NCBI RefSeq assembly: GCF_028282165.1
Contig: NZ_JANQIM010000037.1
Span: 33,982 to 97,981, forward strand
Direction of reading: 5' to 3'
Length of the DNA: 64,000 nt
From: Winogradskyella sp.
Lineage (GTDB): Bacteria > Bacteroidota > Bacteroidia > Flavobacteriales > Flavobacteriaceae
Both the position numbers and the translations under genes were made by a program. Below are positions 51,362 to 61,384 of this stretch, piece after piece. Every line of letters begins with the position of its first letter. Position 1 is the first letter of the stretch. The notes beneath the pieces were generated by a model. It ran no database searches. It saw only the letters and a list, made by a program, of their open reading frames with translations, and had not been told where the DNA came from.

Positions 51362-52063
51362 TTACTTTAAAATATCAAAAACGCTATTCTTGTAAATAGC
51401 TCCTATTGGTATTTCTATTGCCCCTATCTCCACATCAATTTTGGTAAATGCTGTAACTTTAGAAATATTAACAATGTATGAGCGATGAACTCTTACAAAT
51501 TGCTTTGGAAGTTTAGTTTCAAAATTAGAAATCGTTTCCTTTGTTACAACGTTAGAGTTTTCTAAGATGATTCTAATATAATCTTTAATACTTTCTATAT
51601 ATAGTATTTCAGAAAAAGATATTTTAATATGTTTTTTATTAGAATTAACATATAAATGGTCTAGTGAATCTTCTGTGGTTTTATTTTGAATTAAAGGATC
51701 TCTTACTGCGGATAGGCTTTTATACTTGGTTATTGCTTTAAAAAAACGCTTAAACGAAATTGGTTTTAACAAATAATCTACCACATCTAGCTCATAACTT
51801 TCGATAGCATAATTGCGATAAGCAGTAGTTAAAATGACTTTAGGTGGGCTTTTTAATGTTTTTATAAATTCTATACCTGATAAAATAGGCATTTCAATAT
51901 CTAAGAAAATAAGATCAATAGGATTAGAATTTAAAATTTCAACGGCATTAATAGGATTATTTAAACTCGCCACTAACTCCAAATCCGGAATCTGATCCAT
52001 ATGTGACTTAATAACTTCTAAAGCTAAAGGTTCATCATCTATTGCGATACATCTTATGGTCAT
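51362..52063 (-). CDS. LytTR-family response regulator
   Basis: 233 aa with a receiver domain (CIAIDDEPLA...LIFLDIEMP) and a C-terminal LytTR DNA-binding domain (FVRVHRSYIVN). Confidence 0.9.
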   Translation of the reverse strand: MTIRCIAIDDEPLALEVIKSHMDQIPDLELVASLNNPINAVEILNSNPIDLIFLDIEMPILSGIEFIKTLKSPPKVILTTAYRNYAIESYELDVVDYLLKPISFKRFFKAITKYKSLSAVRDPLIQNKTTEDSLDHLYVNSNKKHIKISFSEILYIESIKDYIRIILENSNVVTKETISNFETKLPKQFVRVHRSYIVNISKVTAFTKIDVEIGAIEIPIGAIYKNSVFDILK

Positions 52064-52064
52064 T

Positions 52065-53138
52065 TTAATTCAAATCTAAATTCAATTCAATAAAGTAACT
52101 GTCTGAAGTCTCTTTGACCTCAATGTTGTGTTTGTTAGGATAATAAATCTCTAATTGTCTTCTTAGGTTTATATTCCCAATTCCCGATTTGTTATAATCT
52201 TTTTGTTTCAGTAAATTTTTCAATTTACTATTAAAAACACTAAATCTTAAAAGTCTTTTACTAACAGACAAGTCTATTAAAATCCTAGTATGTATAGGAT
52301 CGCTGCTAACCCCATGCTTAAATGCATTCTCTACCAAAGGCAATAATAGTAATGGTGCAATTTGTGCTTTACCATCATCTAAGTTATGATCAAATACTAT
52401 ATCTAATGTATCCCCATACCTCAGTGCTTCTAATTCAATGAAACCATTGATCAACTCAATTTCTTGAATCAAAGGTATAGATGTCTGGTCACTTTGGTAT
52501 AAAATAAAGTCTAGTAACTCAGATAGCTTTAAAACTACTTTAGGTGCTAAATCAGACTTTAAAAGTGTTAAGGCATATAAATTATTTAGAGTATTAAATA
52601 AGAAATGTGGCTGAATTTGAGCTTTTAAAAATTTAAGCTCATTAACTACTTTTTCCTTTTCTAAAATTTCTATGCGCTGCTTCTCATCAAATCTTCGTTT
52701 TAAAACTTTAATAATTAGCATTATAAATGCATAAATATATACTGACGGAAAATAGATAGAAAAAAGATAAGCCGTGTCAGACAAGATTTCTACTATTGAC
52801 TCTTGGGTGAAATCACTCCGTATAAATGGTTCAGCCAAATAGACAATAGACCATCTGCCAAATGCTGAAAGTAGATATATACTAAGTACTATTGAAATAG
52901 CAAACCCAATAAACTTCTTCTTAAAAAGAAGCCTCGGTATTTGAAAATAATTCAATAAATAAGCAGCTATAATCTGAGAAGGTAACAAAGCTATATAGCT
53001 ATACATATTATACTTTAGTTCACCTGTGTTCAATGTCGCCGATATAGTAAATAAGGTAATGAAGGATAGCCAAAACAGAACATGCGTAACTACTCTGTTT
53101 TTAAAAATAGTATCAATTGACCGAACAATTTTTTTCAC
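52065..53138 (-). CDS. LytS/YehU-type sensor histidine kinase
   Basis: 357 aa with multi-TM N-terminal helices, the His-kinase motif QIQPHFLFNTLNNL and an ATPase N-box LLLLPLVENAFKHG. It ends 1 nt upstream of the regulator gene. Confidence 0.85.
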   Translation of the reverse strand: MKKIVRSIDTIFKNRVVTHVLFWLSFITLFTISATLNTGELKYNMYSYIALLPSQIIAAYLLNYFQIPRLLFKKKFIGFAISIVLSIYLLSAFGRWSIVYLAEPFIRSDFTQESIVEILSDTAYLFSIYFPSVYIYAFIMLIIKVLKRRFDEKQRIEILEKEKVVNELKFLKAQIQPHFLFNTLNNLYALTLLKSDLAPKVVLKLSELLDFILYQSDQTSIPLIQEIELINGFIELEALRYGDTLDIVFDHNLDDGKAQIAPLLLLPLVENAFKHGVSSDPIHTRILIDLSVSKRLLRFSVFNSKLKNLLKQKDYNKSGIGNINLRRQLEIYYPNKHNIEVKETSDSYFIELNLDLN

Positions 53139-53343
53139 AAGTTAAAGATAATTATTTGTGCCTTTTTTATGATCAAAGTCTACCAAATCAAGACTTCAAA
53201 TGACAGATTAATGATTTCTCATGACCAACACAAAAAATGACTCGATATACTGTTTATATGCTTAGAAATCCATGTTTCGTCGATTTTTAAAAAAATGAAT
53301 TCATGGTATTAGTTTCTTTGAACTTAAATCAAAAACGAATATT

Positions 53344-54309
53344 ATGACACAAATTAGAAACCTATTTTTTATAGCATTTTTAAGTGCTATTTCCAGTAAT
53401 GCTCAACCATGTAAAGAACTTCTTCTTGCAGTTAAAGCTAATAACCAAGAGAAGGTAGAATCTTTATTGCAAAGCATCAATCCAAACTGTTATTACGAAA
53501 GTGATATTCAGCCGAGGACGCCCTTAGGAATGGCGGCCAGAAATGGAAATTTTTCAATTGGGAAGTTGCTAATTGAAAATGGGGCAAAAACTTCATACAG
53601 ATATGACTATGATGCCACAGCTTTGATGATATCCTGTAAAAACGGTCATTACGAATTCTCAAAGTATTTAATTGAAAGCGGAGCAAATATCAACGCAAAA
53701 ATCACAGGAGATGGAACGCCATTAATGTCTGCTGTAAAAGGTGGAAATATTGAAATAGTCCGTCTACTGCTTAAGAAGGGAGCAAACCCAAATCAAGGAG
53801 TTATTGGAGATGGCAATGCCATTTTATTAGCAAGCGAAAGCGATAATATCGATATATTAAAGCTATTGATTACTTACTCAGGTGACATCAATAAAAAAAC
53901 TTTAGGGGATGGTACAGCACTAATTAGAGCCACGAATAAAGGAAATCTGGTTATGGTAAAAGCCATTGTAAAATTAGGTGCTGACGTAAATAAAGCAAGT
54001 GACGGAGATGGAAATCCTCTTATAATGGCAGCTAAAAACGGACATATAGAAATCGTGAAATTTTTAGTGGAATCTGGAGCAAATGTTAATGCATTTGTCC
54101 CGGGTGACGAAACACCTTTAATAAGAGCTGCTTGGAGCGGGCATCTAGATATAGTAAAATATTTAGTAGAAAAAGGTGCTGATGTCAATAAATCAGTTCG
54201 TGATAAATTTTCCTTGCGTTCAGAAAAAAGAAGTCCTTTAAAAATGGCAAAAAGAGAAAATCATACTGAAGTAGTTGATTTTTTAATAAGTAAAGGTGCC
54301 ACAAATTAA
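53344..54309 (+). CDS. secreted ankyrin-repeat protein
   Basis: 321 aa with a signal peptide and about 8 ANK repeats (G.TPLM.A...G..EIVK.L...GA.VN). Confidence 0.85.
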   Translation: MTQIRNLFFIAFLSAISSNAQPCKELLLAVKANNQEKVESLLQSINPNCYYESDIQPRTPLGMAARNGNFSIGKLLIENGAKTSYRYDYDATALMISCKNGHYEFSKYLIESGANINAKITGDGTPLMSAVKGGNIEIVRLLLKKGANPNQGVIGDGNAILLASESDNIDILKLLITYSGDINKKTLGDGTALIRATNKGNLVMVKAIVKLGADVNKASDGDGNPLIMAAKNGHIEIVKFLVESGANVNAFVPGDETPLIRAAWSGHLDIVKYLVEKGADVNKSVRDKFSLRSEKRSPLKMAKRENHTEVVDFLISKGATN

Positions 54310-54320
54310 AATTTCAAATT

Positions 54321-55724
54321 ATGATTAATTCTAAACCATATATTTTATTCTTCTATATTCTATTAATAGGTATAACACTAGACGCTCAAAATGAAACCAT
54401 CCTAGTTTCTGATGACGTAGCCCAATCCGTTGAGAAACTTGCAAATGCTTTAATAAAACAATCTCATATCCCAGGAATTTCCATTGCCGTAAGCAAAGAT
54501 GAAAAGCTTATATATGCCAAAGGTTTTGGCTATGCAAATATTGAAGAGAATATTAAAATGTCTCCAGCCACACAATTACGCACGGCTTCGGTAGCTAAAG
54601 TTATCACTGCTACTGCTATTGGTCATTTATTAACAGATGGTAAATTAGATTTAGATGAACCAATAAAAACCTACATTCCATACATCGATAAGACATATGA
54701 AAACTTAACTTCAAGGCAGTTAGCCGCTCATACCTCTGGTTTAGAGCATAGACCTAAAGGCAATAATTATAAAAAGAAGCATTATAATTCAATAAAAACG
54801 ACTGTACAGTTAATGAAAAAGCCCTTATTATTCACTCCAGACACAAATTATAGTTACTCAACATATGCTTTCAACTTATTGGCCGCAGTAATTGAAGGTG
54901 CTTCAGGCATGGATTATATGGATTATCTAGAGAAGAAAATTTTCAAACCATTGCATATGACACAAACCTATGCTGAAAATATTAATACGCTTACGTCTGT
55001 GGATGCCAAGCTTTATTATATCAAAAACAAAAAGTTGAAATCAGAAAAGTTAACTAATGGAAGTTATAAAATACCTGGTGCTGGATTTAGAAGTACCCCA
55101 AGTGATTTGGTAAAAATGATGAGTGCTTACACAAATAATTTAATATCAAAAGAAGTTGTAAATGAGATGTTCAGAAGTCATAAACTAAATAATGGAGAAC
55201 TCATTAATGTCGGTATTGCTTGGCGCAAATCAATTGACCCGTTTGAAAATAAGGTCATTGAACATGCCGGAAACTGGCTTGGAGCAAGAACCGTTATCTC
55301 GTACTACCCTGAACACAATTTGAGTATCTCTATAATGATAAATGCCAGTTGTCAATTACTAATTGAAGAAACAGCGCATATATTTGCAAATATCTTTTTA
55401 AATGAAACAATCAATAGAGACCAAATTAAATTAGATAGAATTCCTGTTAAAGTAACATTCAATGGTGAAGAAAAGGAGACCTATAATGGTGAATTATCCT
55501 TGGATTCTGAAGGTGGTTTTTTAACATCACAGAACGATGGATTTTTAAAATCGAATCCTATTTTTCGTTTAAACGGTAAAAATGATTATTGCATGGCAAC
55601 TGCGTATGGACTCTTATACTTAAATATTAATTCTGAAAGTGAATATTTAGGAAATGTGTATGCATATTACAACAGACTTTCTAAAAACCCTCAAAAAGAT
55701 CAACCCATAGTAACCATCGAATAA
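54321..55724 (+). CDS. serine hydrolase (beta-lactamase fold), secreted
   Basis: 467 aa with the SxxK motif ASVAKVI and YSTYAF, plus a C-terminal extra domain. Confidence 0.8.
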   Translation: MINSKPYILFFYILLIGITLDAQNETILVSDDVAQSVEKLANALIKQSHIPGISIAVSKDEKLIYAKGFGYANIEENIKMSPATQLRTASVAKVITATAIGHLLTDGKLDLDEPIKTYIPYIDKTYENLTSRQLAAHTSGLEHRPKGNNYKKKHYNSIKTTVQLMKKPLLFTPDTNYSYSTYAFNLLAAVIEGASGMDYMDYLEKKIFKPLHMTQTYAENINTLTSVDAKLYYIKNKKLKSEKLTNGSYKIPGAGFRSTPSDLVKMMSAYTNNLISKEVVNEMFRSHKLNNGELINVGIAWRKSIDPFENKVIEHAGNWLGARTVISYYPEHNLSISIMINASCQLLIEETAHIFANIFLNETINRDQIKLDRIPVKVTFNGEEKETYNGELSLDSEGGFLTSQNDGFLKSNPIFRLNGKNDYCMATAYGLLYLNINSESEYLGNVYAYYNRLSKNPQKDQPIVTIE

Positions 55725-55729
55725 CTAAA

Positions 55730-55762
55730 TAGCAAGTATCCTTGAAAATAGGATACTTGCTA
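55730..55762 (+). terminator. 12-bp stem hairpin after the hydrolase gene
   Basis: tagcaagtatcc-(9 nt)-ggatacttgcta. The T-tract is weak. Confidence 0.5.
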
Positions 55763-55849
55763 TTACAATTCATTGAGAAATACTCTAATTCATCGGGACT
55801 TCGATAATTAACAAAATAGCAACTATGTTATTATAGTATTTATTTGTTT

Positions 55850-56722
55850 TTAACTTACAGGAAGAAATCCCATTTTACCCATCTGGTAATCGCGCATAGC
55901 TTCGAGTAACTCCGTTTGTGTATTCATTACATATGGCCCATAAGTGGCCACCTCTTCATTAAATGGTTCTCCGGACAGAAATAATAGTAAACTGTCGCTT
56001 TCGGCTTCGATTGTAAAGCCATCACCATCCTGATTAAAATAAATCAACTGGTTCTCATTTAACTGAAGTGTTGTTTCATCGTTCACTTTTACTTTTCCTT
56101 TCAGCAAGTACAACATACCCTGTTGTGAACTCGGGAAACTTATGGTTTCTCCTCCACCTTCTTTAGCTTCAATCATAAATGCATTGACCGAAGTTTGGGT
56201 AACAATCTTGCCTTGTTTTTCATTTAAGAAACCTGCTACGATTTTAGTTTTCACCTTATGATCTGCCGAATTAACCACTTCAAACTCTTCGCTTTTAGCA
56301 TGCTGATAATTAGGCTGTATCATTTTCTTCTCAGCAGGTAAATTCAACCATAACTGAATACCCTCAATAGTACCTCCTTTACTTACAAACTCCTTGGTTG
56401 GCCCCTCGGCGTGGATAATCCCTCGCCCAGCGGTTGTCCACTGTACGTCGCCAGCTTTCACTATACTTTCTTGACCAAGCGAATCGCGATGCAATTGCTC
56501 TCCTTGTACCAAAAAGGTTATAGGTTCGAACCCTCTGTGCGGGTGTGGCCCTAGATCAAAAGGATTACTTTCTGGGCTTATAGTATAAGGCCCATAATGA
56601 TGTAGCAATATAAATGGGTCTATCATTTCTATTTGTTGTGTTGGTAGCGGTTGACGCAGTCGTATTGGCCCCATATTTACAAAATCACTACGTCCTATTT
56701 GTTTTATGGTGTTTGTTTTCAT
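55850..56722 (-). CDS. pirin-family protein
   Basis: 290 aa with the cupin motif HPHRGFEPITF... and bicupin length. Confidence 0.85.
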   Translation of the reverse strand: MKTNTIKQIGRSDFVNMGPIRLRQPLPTQQIEMIDPFILLHHYGPYTISPESNPFDLGPHPHRGFEPITFLVQGEQLHRDSLGQESIVKAGDVQWTTAGRGIIHAEGPTKEFVSKGGTIEGIQLWLNLPAEKKMIQPNYQHAKSEEFEVVNSADHKVKTKIVAGFLNEKQGKIVTQTSVNAFMIEAKEGGGETISFPSSQQGMLYLLKGKVKVNDETTLQLNENQLIYFNQDGDGFTIEAESDSLLLFLSGEPFNEEVATYGPYVMNTQTELLEAMRDYQMGKMGFLPVS

Positions 56723-56777
56723 GTTTAATCTTTTATTTTATATTTTCCATGGAAAATATTTGGTTAAAAAAATTGCA

Positions 56778-57242
56778 CTATCGCATTTTGTCTAAGAGAT
56801 TACTTAATTGTTCTGCTTCTTCTTCGTTTAAATTCTTAAGCAGCTCTTTATTTAAATTTTTGGGGATTGATCTTAATAGCTTTTTGCCTTCTTCAGTAAT
56901 TACTATTTTCACCACACGTCTATCGTGTTCGGATGGTAAGCGTTCAATATAGTTTTTGGCACAAAGTTTATCCATAAGTCGTGTTGCATTAGGTGAGCGC
57001 TCTAACATTCGGTCCTTTATCGTTTGAACTTTTAAGGGTTCGCCTGCACCTTTTAAAATTCTGAGAATATTGTATTGCTGCGGTGAAATACCATAATCCT
57101 TAAAGAATTCATTTTGGCAACTATTAATCCAATTAGCTGTGTAAATAATATTGAGCAAGGCTTTTACTCTATTATTCTCGAACTTTGAATTAATATCCTT
57201 TGCTAAGTCTCCCATATGCATTTGTACTGAGTTTTTAGTCAC
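56778..57242 (-). CDS. MarR-family transcriptional regulator
   Basis: 154 aa with a winged HTH (ISPQQYNILRIL...LMDKLCAKNYIER..DRRVV). Confidence 0.85.
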   Translation of the reverse strand: MTKNSVQMHMGDLAKDINSKFENNRVKALLNIIYTANWINSCQNEFFKDYGISPQQYNILRILKGAGEPLKVQTIKDRMLERSPNATRLMDKLCAKNYIERLPSEHDRRVVKIVITEEGKKLLRSIPKNLNKELLKNLNEEEAEQLSNLLDKMR

Positions 57243-57263
57243 AGTATTCTATTCAATCTTATT

Positions 57264-57545
57264 CTAGAAAAGTACGTCTTTGTATTCTGTTCTCTTCTTA
57301 AATACTGCATTTGCGAAAGGGCAAAGTGGCATAACTTTTAAGTTATTTTCTCTAGCAAAGTTGACTGCAGCTTCAACCAACTCATAACCAACACCTTGAC
57401 CTTTTAAAGACTCATCGACTTCAGTGTGGTCAATAATGATTTTGTCTGCTCCAGCATAAGTATAGGTCATTATACCTAGTTGGTTACCATCTACCTCATA
57501 GTAGAATTCACCTTTCTTTTCATTTTCTATCTGTTGAATATTCAT
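57264..57545 (-). CDS. small GNAT-like N-acetyltransferase (YjdJ-type)
   Basis: 93 aa with HTEVDESLKGQGVGYELV...PLCPF. Confidence 0.7.
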   Translation of the reverse strand: MNIQQIENEKKGEFYYEVDGNQLGIMTYTYAGADKIIIDHTEVDESLKGQGVGYELVEAAVNFARENNLKVMPLCPFANAVFKKRTEYKDVLF

Positions 57546-57547
57546 AA

Positions 57548-58078
57548 CTATAAACTTTCTTCAAATTGTTTGACTTCTTCCAATAATTCATTGTTCAATT
57601 CTTCATTGATAATCTTTCCATCTGTAAAATTACTATGGAATGATGGCAATGAAAACTTACCGACTATGTTAGCATTGTGTCTTGGAAAACGATTAGATGC
57701 CATCTCTAAAACAGAAGCTCCTCCTCTGCCTCCAGGAGAGGTCGCCATGAGCAACATGGATTTTCCTAAAAAGGTTTTCTGCTCTACTCTTGTTGCCCAA
57801 TCGAATATATTTTTGAAAGCACCAGAATAAGCACCGTTGTGTTCGGCTAAAGAAATTACAATACCGTCTGCTTGTCGTATTTCGTCTACAAAAGCAACTG
57901 CCTCTTTTGGATGACCAGATTCCTTTTCCCTATCCGAGCTATAAATAGACATCTCAAAGTCATTCAAGTCTAAAACCTTAACCTGCACGTTATTTACTAG
58001 ACTTGCCGCATAAGTAGCCAATTGCTTGTTTATTGATGTACTGCTGTTGCTTCCAGCTAATGCTATAATTTTCTTCAT
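57548..58078 (-). CDS. NADPH-dependent FMN reductase family protein
   Basis: 176 aa with a flavodoxin-like fold (IIALAGSNSSTSINKQL..., ISLAEHNGAYSGAFKN). Confidence 0.8.
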   Translation of the reverse strand: MKKIIALAGSNSSTSINKQLATYAASLVNNVQVKVLDLNDFEMSIYSSDREKESGHPKEAVAFVDEIRQADGIVISLAEHNGAYSGAFKNIFDWATRVEQKTFLGKSMLLMATSPGGRGGASVLEMASNRFPRHNANIVGKFSLPSFHSNFTDGKIINEELNNELLEEVKQFEESL

Positions 58079-58239
58079 TTTTTGGATTTCTTTTTGTTCT
58101 CAGTACAAAACTATGATATTTAATTTTATTTTCCAAGGAATATATTTCCGTGTTATATATTTTTAACGTTTCATTTAGAAAATAGCTTCAACAATTAAAG
58201 GTATTGTTTTGTAAATTCGTAGCAAATAAAAATGTATTG

Positions 58240-59883
58240 ATGGATATTAAATTCAATAAAAACGAAGATCACAATAAACTATTACTTTCAGATTTAAAAA
58301 AACGATTGGCTAAAGTTAGGCTTGGTGGCGGAGAAAAAAGCATAGAAAAGCATCATAGTAAAGGAAAAATGACAGCCAGAGAGCGTATTGATTATCTACT
58401 GGACCCCAAATCGAAATCTATTGAAATTGGAGCTTTTGCTGGCGAAGACATGTACAAGGATTATGGTGGCTGCCCGTCTGGTGGCGTCGTTGTGAAAATA
58501 GGCTATATAAAAGGAAAACAATGTATGGTTGTTGCAAATGACGCCACCGTAAAAGCTGGTGCCTGGTTTCCAATTACCGGGAAAAAGAATCTTAGAGCTC
58601 AGGAAATAGCCATCGAAAATCGATTACCTATTATCTACCTTGTTGATAGTGCAGGTGTATTTTTACCGATGCAGGATGAAATCTTTCCAGATAAAGAGCA
58701 TTTTGGTCGCATATTTAGAAATAATGCCGTGATGAGCAGTATGGGAATTACCCAAATCGCGGCTGTTATGGGTAGCTGTGTTGCTGGTGGTGCTTACTTA
58801 CCTATTATGAGTGATGAAGCTCTTATTGTCGATAAAACTGGGAGCATATTTTTAGCAGGAAGCTATTTGGTTAAAGCAGCGATTGGCGAAACCATAGACA
58901 ACGAAACGCTTGGTGGTGCTACTACGCATTGCGAAATCTCAGGAGTTACGGATTACAAAGCAAAGTACGACAAAGATGCTTTGGATACCATTAAGAATAT
59001 CGTGGACAAAATTGGTGATTTTGAAAAAGCTGGTTTTAACCGAATAAAAGCGGTTAAGCCCAAAGAAAATCAAGAAGACATCTACGGTATCTTACCCAAT
59101 AGTCGAGCCGATCAATACGATATGAATGAGATCATTAAGCGATTGGTCGATAACTCAGAATTTGAAGAATATAAAGCTGGTTATGGACAAACTATTATTA
59201 CCGGATATGCTCGCATTGATGGTTGGGCCGTTGGTATTGTGGCTAACCAAAGACAAATAGTAAAAACCAAAGGCGCCAAAACCAAACCTAGCGAAATGCA
59301 GTTTGGTGGTGTTATTTATAATGATTCGGCAGACAAGGCTACACGTTTTATAGCCAATTGTAACCAGAAGAAAATTCCACTGGTATTTTTACAGGATGTT
59401 ACTGGTTTTATGGTGGGCAGTAAATCCGAACATGGTGGTATTATTAAAGATGGTGCCAAAATGGTAAACGCTGTTAGTAATTCTGTTGTACCAAAATTCA
59501 CTATTGTTATTGGCAACAGTTATGGTGCAGGAAACTATGCCATGTGCGGCAAGGCTTACGACCCAAGATTGATTGTGGCTTGGCCAAGTGCTGAGTTGGC
59601 CGTGATGAGTGGTAAATCCGCAGCAAAGGTTTTATTGCAAATTGAAACAGCTTCCCTAAAAAAGAAAGGCGAAACCATTACAAAAGAAAAAGAAGAAGCT
59701 TTATTTAATAAAATAAAATCGCGATATGACAACCAAGTATCGCCATATTATGCAGCCGCAAGACTTTGGACAGATGCCATAATTGATCCTCTAGATACCA
59801 GAACTTGGATAAGTATGGGCATTGAGGCTGCAAATCATGCTCCTATTGAAAAACCTTTTAATTTAGGTGTTTTACAGGTTTAA
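58240..59883 (+). CDS. acyl-CoA carboxylase carboxyltransferase (beta) subunit, methylcrotonyl-/propionyl-CoA carboxylase-like
   Basis: The track ORF starts at a TTG at 58204; the ATG at 58240 (MDIKFNKNEDHNK) is likelier. It has MTARERIDYLLD, VANDATVKAGAW and FGGVIY..SADKA motifs. Confidence 0.85.
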   Translation: MDIKFNKNEDHNKLLLSDLKKRLAKVRLGGGEKSIEKHHSKGKMTARERIDYLLDPKSKSIEIGAFAGEDMYKDYGGCPSGGVVVKIGYIKGKQCMVVANDATVKAGAWFPITGKKNLRAQEIAIENRLPIIYLVDSAGVFLPMQDEIFPDKEHFGRIFRNNAVMSSMGITQIAAVMGSCVAGGAYLPIMSDEALIVDKTGSIFLAGSYLVKAAIGETIDNETLGGATTHCEISGVTDYKAKYDKDALDTIKNIVDKIGDFEKAGFNRIKAVKPKENQEDIYGILPNSRADQYDMNEIIKRLVDNSEFEEYKAGYGQTIITGYARIDGWAVGIVANQRQIVKTKGAKTKPSEMQFGGVIYNDSADKATRFIANCNQKKIPLVFLQDVTGFMVGSKSEHGGIIKDGAKMVNAVSNSVVPKFTIVIGNSYGAGNYAMCGKAYDPRLIVAWPSAELAVMSGKSAAKVLLQIETASLKKKGETITKEKEEALFNKIKSRYDNQVSPYYAAARLWTDAIIDPLDTRTWISMGIEAANHAPIEKPFNLGVLQV

Positions 59884-61157
59884 TGCTGCATAAAGAAAAT
59901 AAGAAACAGCCTTTGTATGTCATATTATTATTGATTTTGGCAGCTGAGGCTATTTTTATTTTGCCTTTTGTTTTACAGCGTATTTTTAGAACGACCTTTT
60001 TAGAATCGTTTTCTATTTCCCAAACTCAATTAGGAAGTTGTTTTTCTGTCTATGGCATTGTGGCCTTGGTATCCTATTTGTTTGGCGGACCATTAGCTGA
60101 TCGTTTTAAGTCTAATGTATTAATGTCTTCTGCATTAATTCTGACAGCGATGGGTGGATTTTACTTATCTACCTACCCTTCTCTTATTAATCTGCACTTA
60201 CTATATGGTTTTTGGGGATTTACAACCATTTTCCTGTTTTGGGCAGCTATGATAAAGGCCACCCGAATTTGGGGAGGGTCTGATAAACAAGGTATTGCTT
60301 TTGGTTTTTTAGACGGCGGGCGTGGTTTGGTGGCTGCTCTTTTTGGGTCTGCAGGTGTCATTATATTTTCATTATTCATAACAAAAGATATTGAATTAAC
60401 GTCTCGAGTAGAGCGTCAAATAGCCTTCAAGGAAGTGATCCGCTACTCATCTTTGGCGGTTCTGGTTATTGGTATTATTGTGTATTTCTTTTTAAGATTT
60501 GAGAAATCAACAACAGATTCTTCTCAAAAGCCTGTTAAATTATTGACTCTGAACAATTTTAGAAATGTTATTGAATATCGTGCGGTTTGGCTGATTATGA
60601 TTATTATTCTTTGCGCCTATTATGGCTACAAAATGACTGACCTTTTTAGTCAATATGCTGAAGAAGTGATGCTATACAATAAAATCGAAGCTGCCAAAAT
60701 CGGAACTTACCTGTTGTACATGAGACCTATAATTGGTGTTGTTATCGGTCTGCTTGCTGATAGAACTCGGGCTTCACTGTGGATTATTATCGGTTTTTTA
60801 TTAATGACTTTAACAAGCCTCATTTTTTACCTAGGAATTATTGATGACTCCAAAACACTGTTCTTTACCTTTTCGATCGGAACTATGGCACTTGGTGTGT
60901 ATTCCGCAAGGGTATTGTATTTTGCCACACTTGAAGAAGTCAAAATACCAATTGCCATAACAGGAACTGTTGTTGGCTTTATTTCAGTAGTCGGTTATAC
61001 TCCTGATATTTTTGCAGGTTTATTGATGGGTTACTTTTTAGACGCAAATGAAGGCGCGTTAGGTTTGCAGCATGCCTTCGGAGTTATGGGCTTGTTTGCA
61101 TTTGTTGGTTTAGTTGCATCCTACTTATTCTATAAACATCAAAAAAGAGCAAATTGA
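59883..61157 (+). CDS. MFS transporter
   Basis: 424 aa with about 12 TM helices. Its ATG overlaps the preceding stop (TAATG). Confidence 0.8.
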   Translation: MLHKENKKQPLYVILLLILAAEAIFILPFVLQRIFRTTFLESFSISQTQLGSCFSVYGIVALVSYLFGGPLADRFKSNVLMSSALILTAMGGFYLSTYPSLINLHLLYGFWGFTTIFLFWAAMIKATRIWGGSDKQGIAFGFLDGGRGLVAALFGSAGVIIFSLFITKDIELTSRVERQIAFKEVIRYSSLAVLVIGIIVYFFLRFEKSTTDSSQKPVKLLTLNNFRNVIEYRAVWLIMIIILCAYYGYKMTDLFSQYAEEVMLYNKIEAAKIGTYLLYMRPIIGVVIGLLADRTRASLWIIIGFLLMTLTSLIFYLGIIDDSKTLFFTFSIGTMALGVYSARVLYFATLEEVKIPIAITGTVVGFISVVGYTPDIFAGLLMGYFLDANEGALGLQHAFGVMGLFAFVGLVASYLFYKHQKRAN

Positions 61158-61384
61158 TCGTCTTAATCTAGCTTCACTTTAGTAGCTCTTAATTATACTA
61201 AACTTTCTAAAACTATAACCCACAAAAAAGTTTAGTTGTGAGTGACATATACCGCTTAAGCCTAACTATAAAGATTTTTACAACACTTAATAGTTTTAAT
61301 GTCATTTTTGTCAAAATTTAGATCAAAAGCATCATGTGATTGTAAGATTTTTTTACATTTACCATTATTTAAAAACCTACTTTA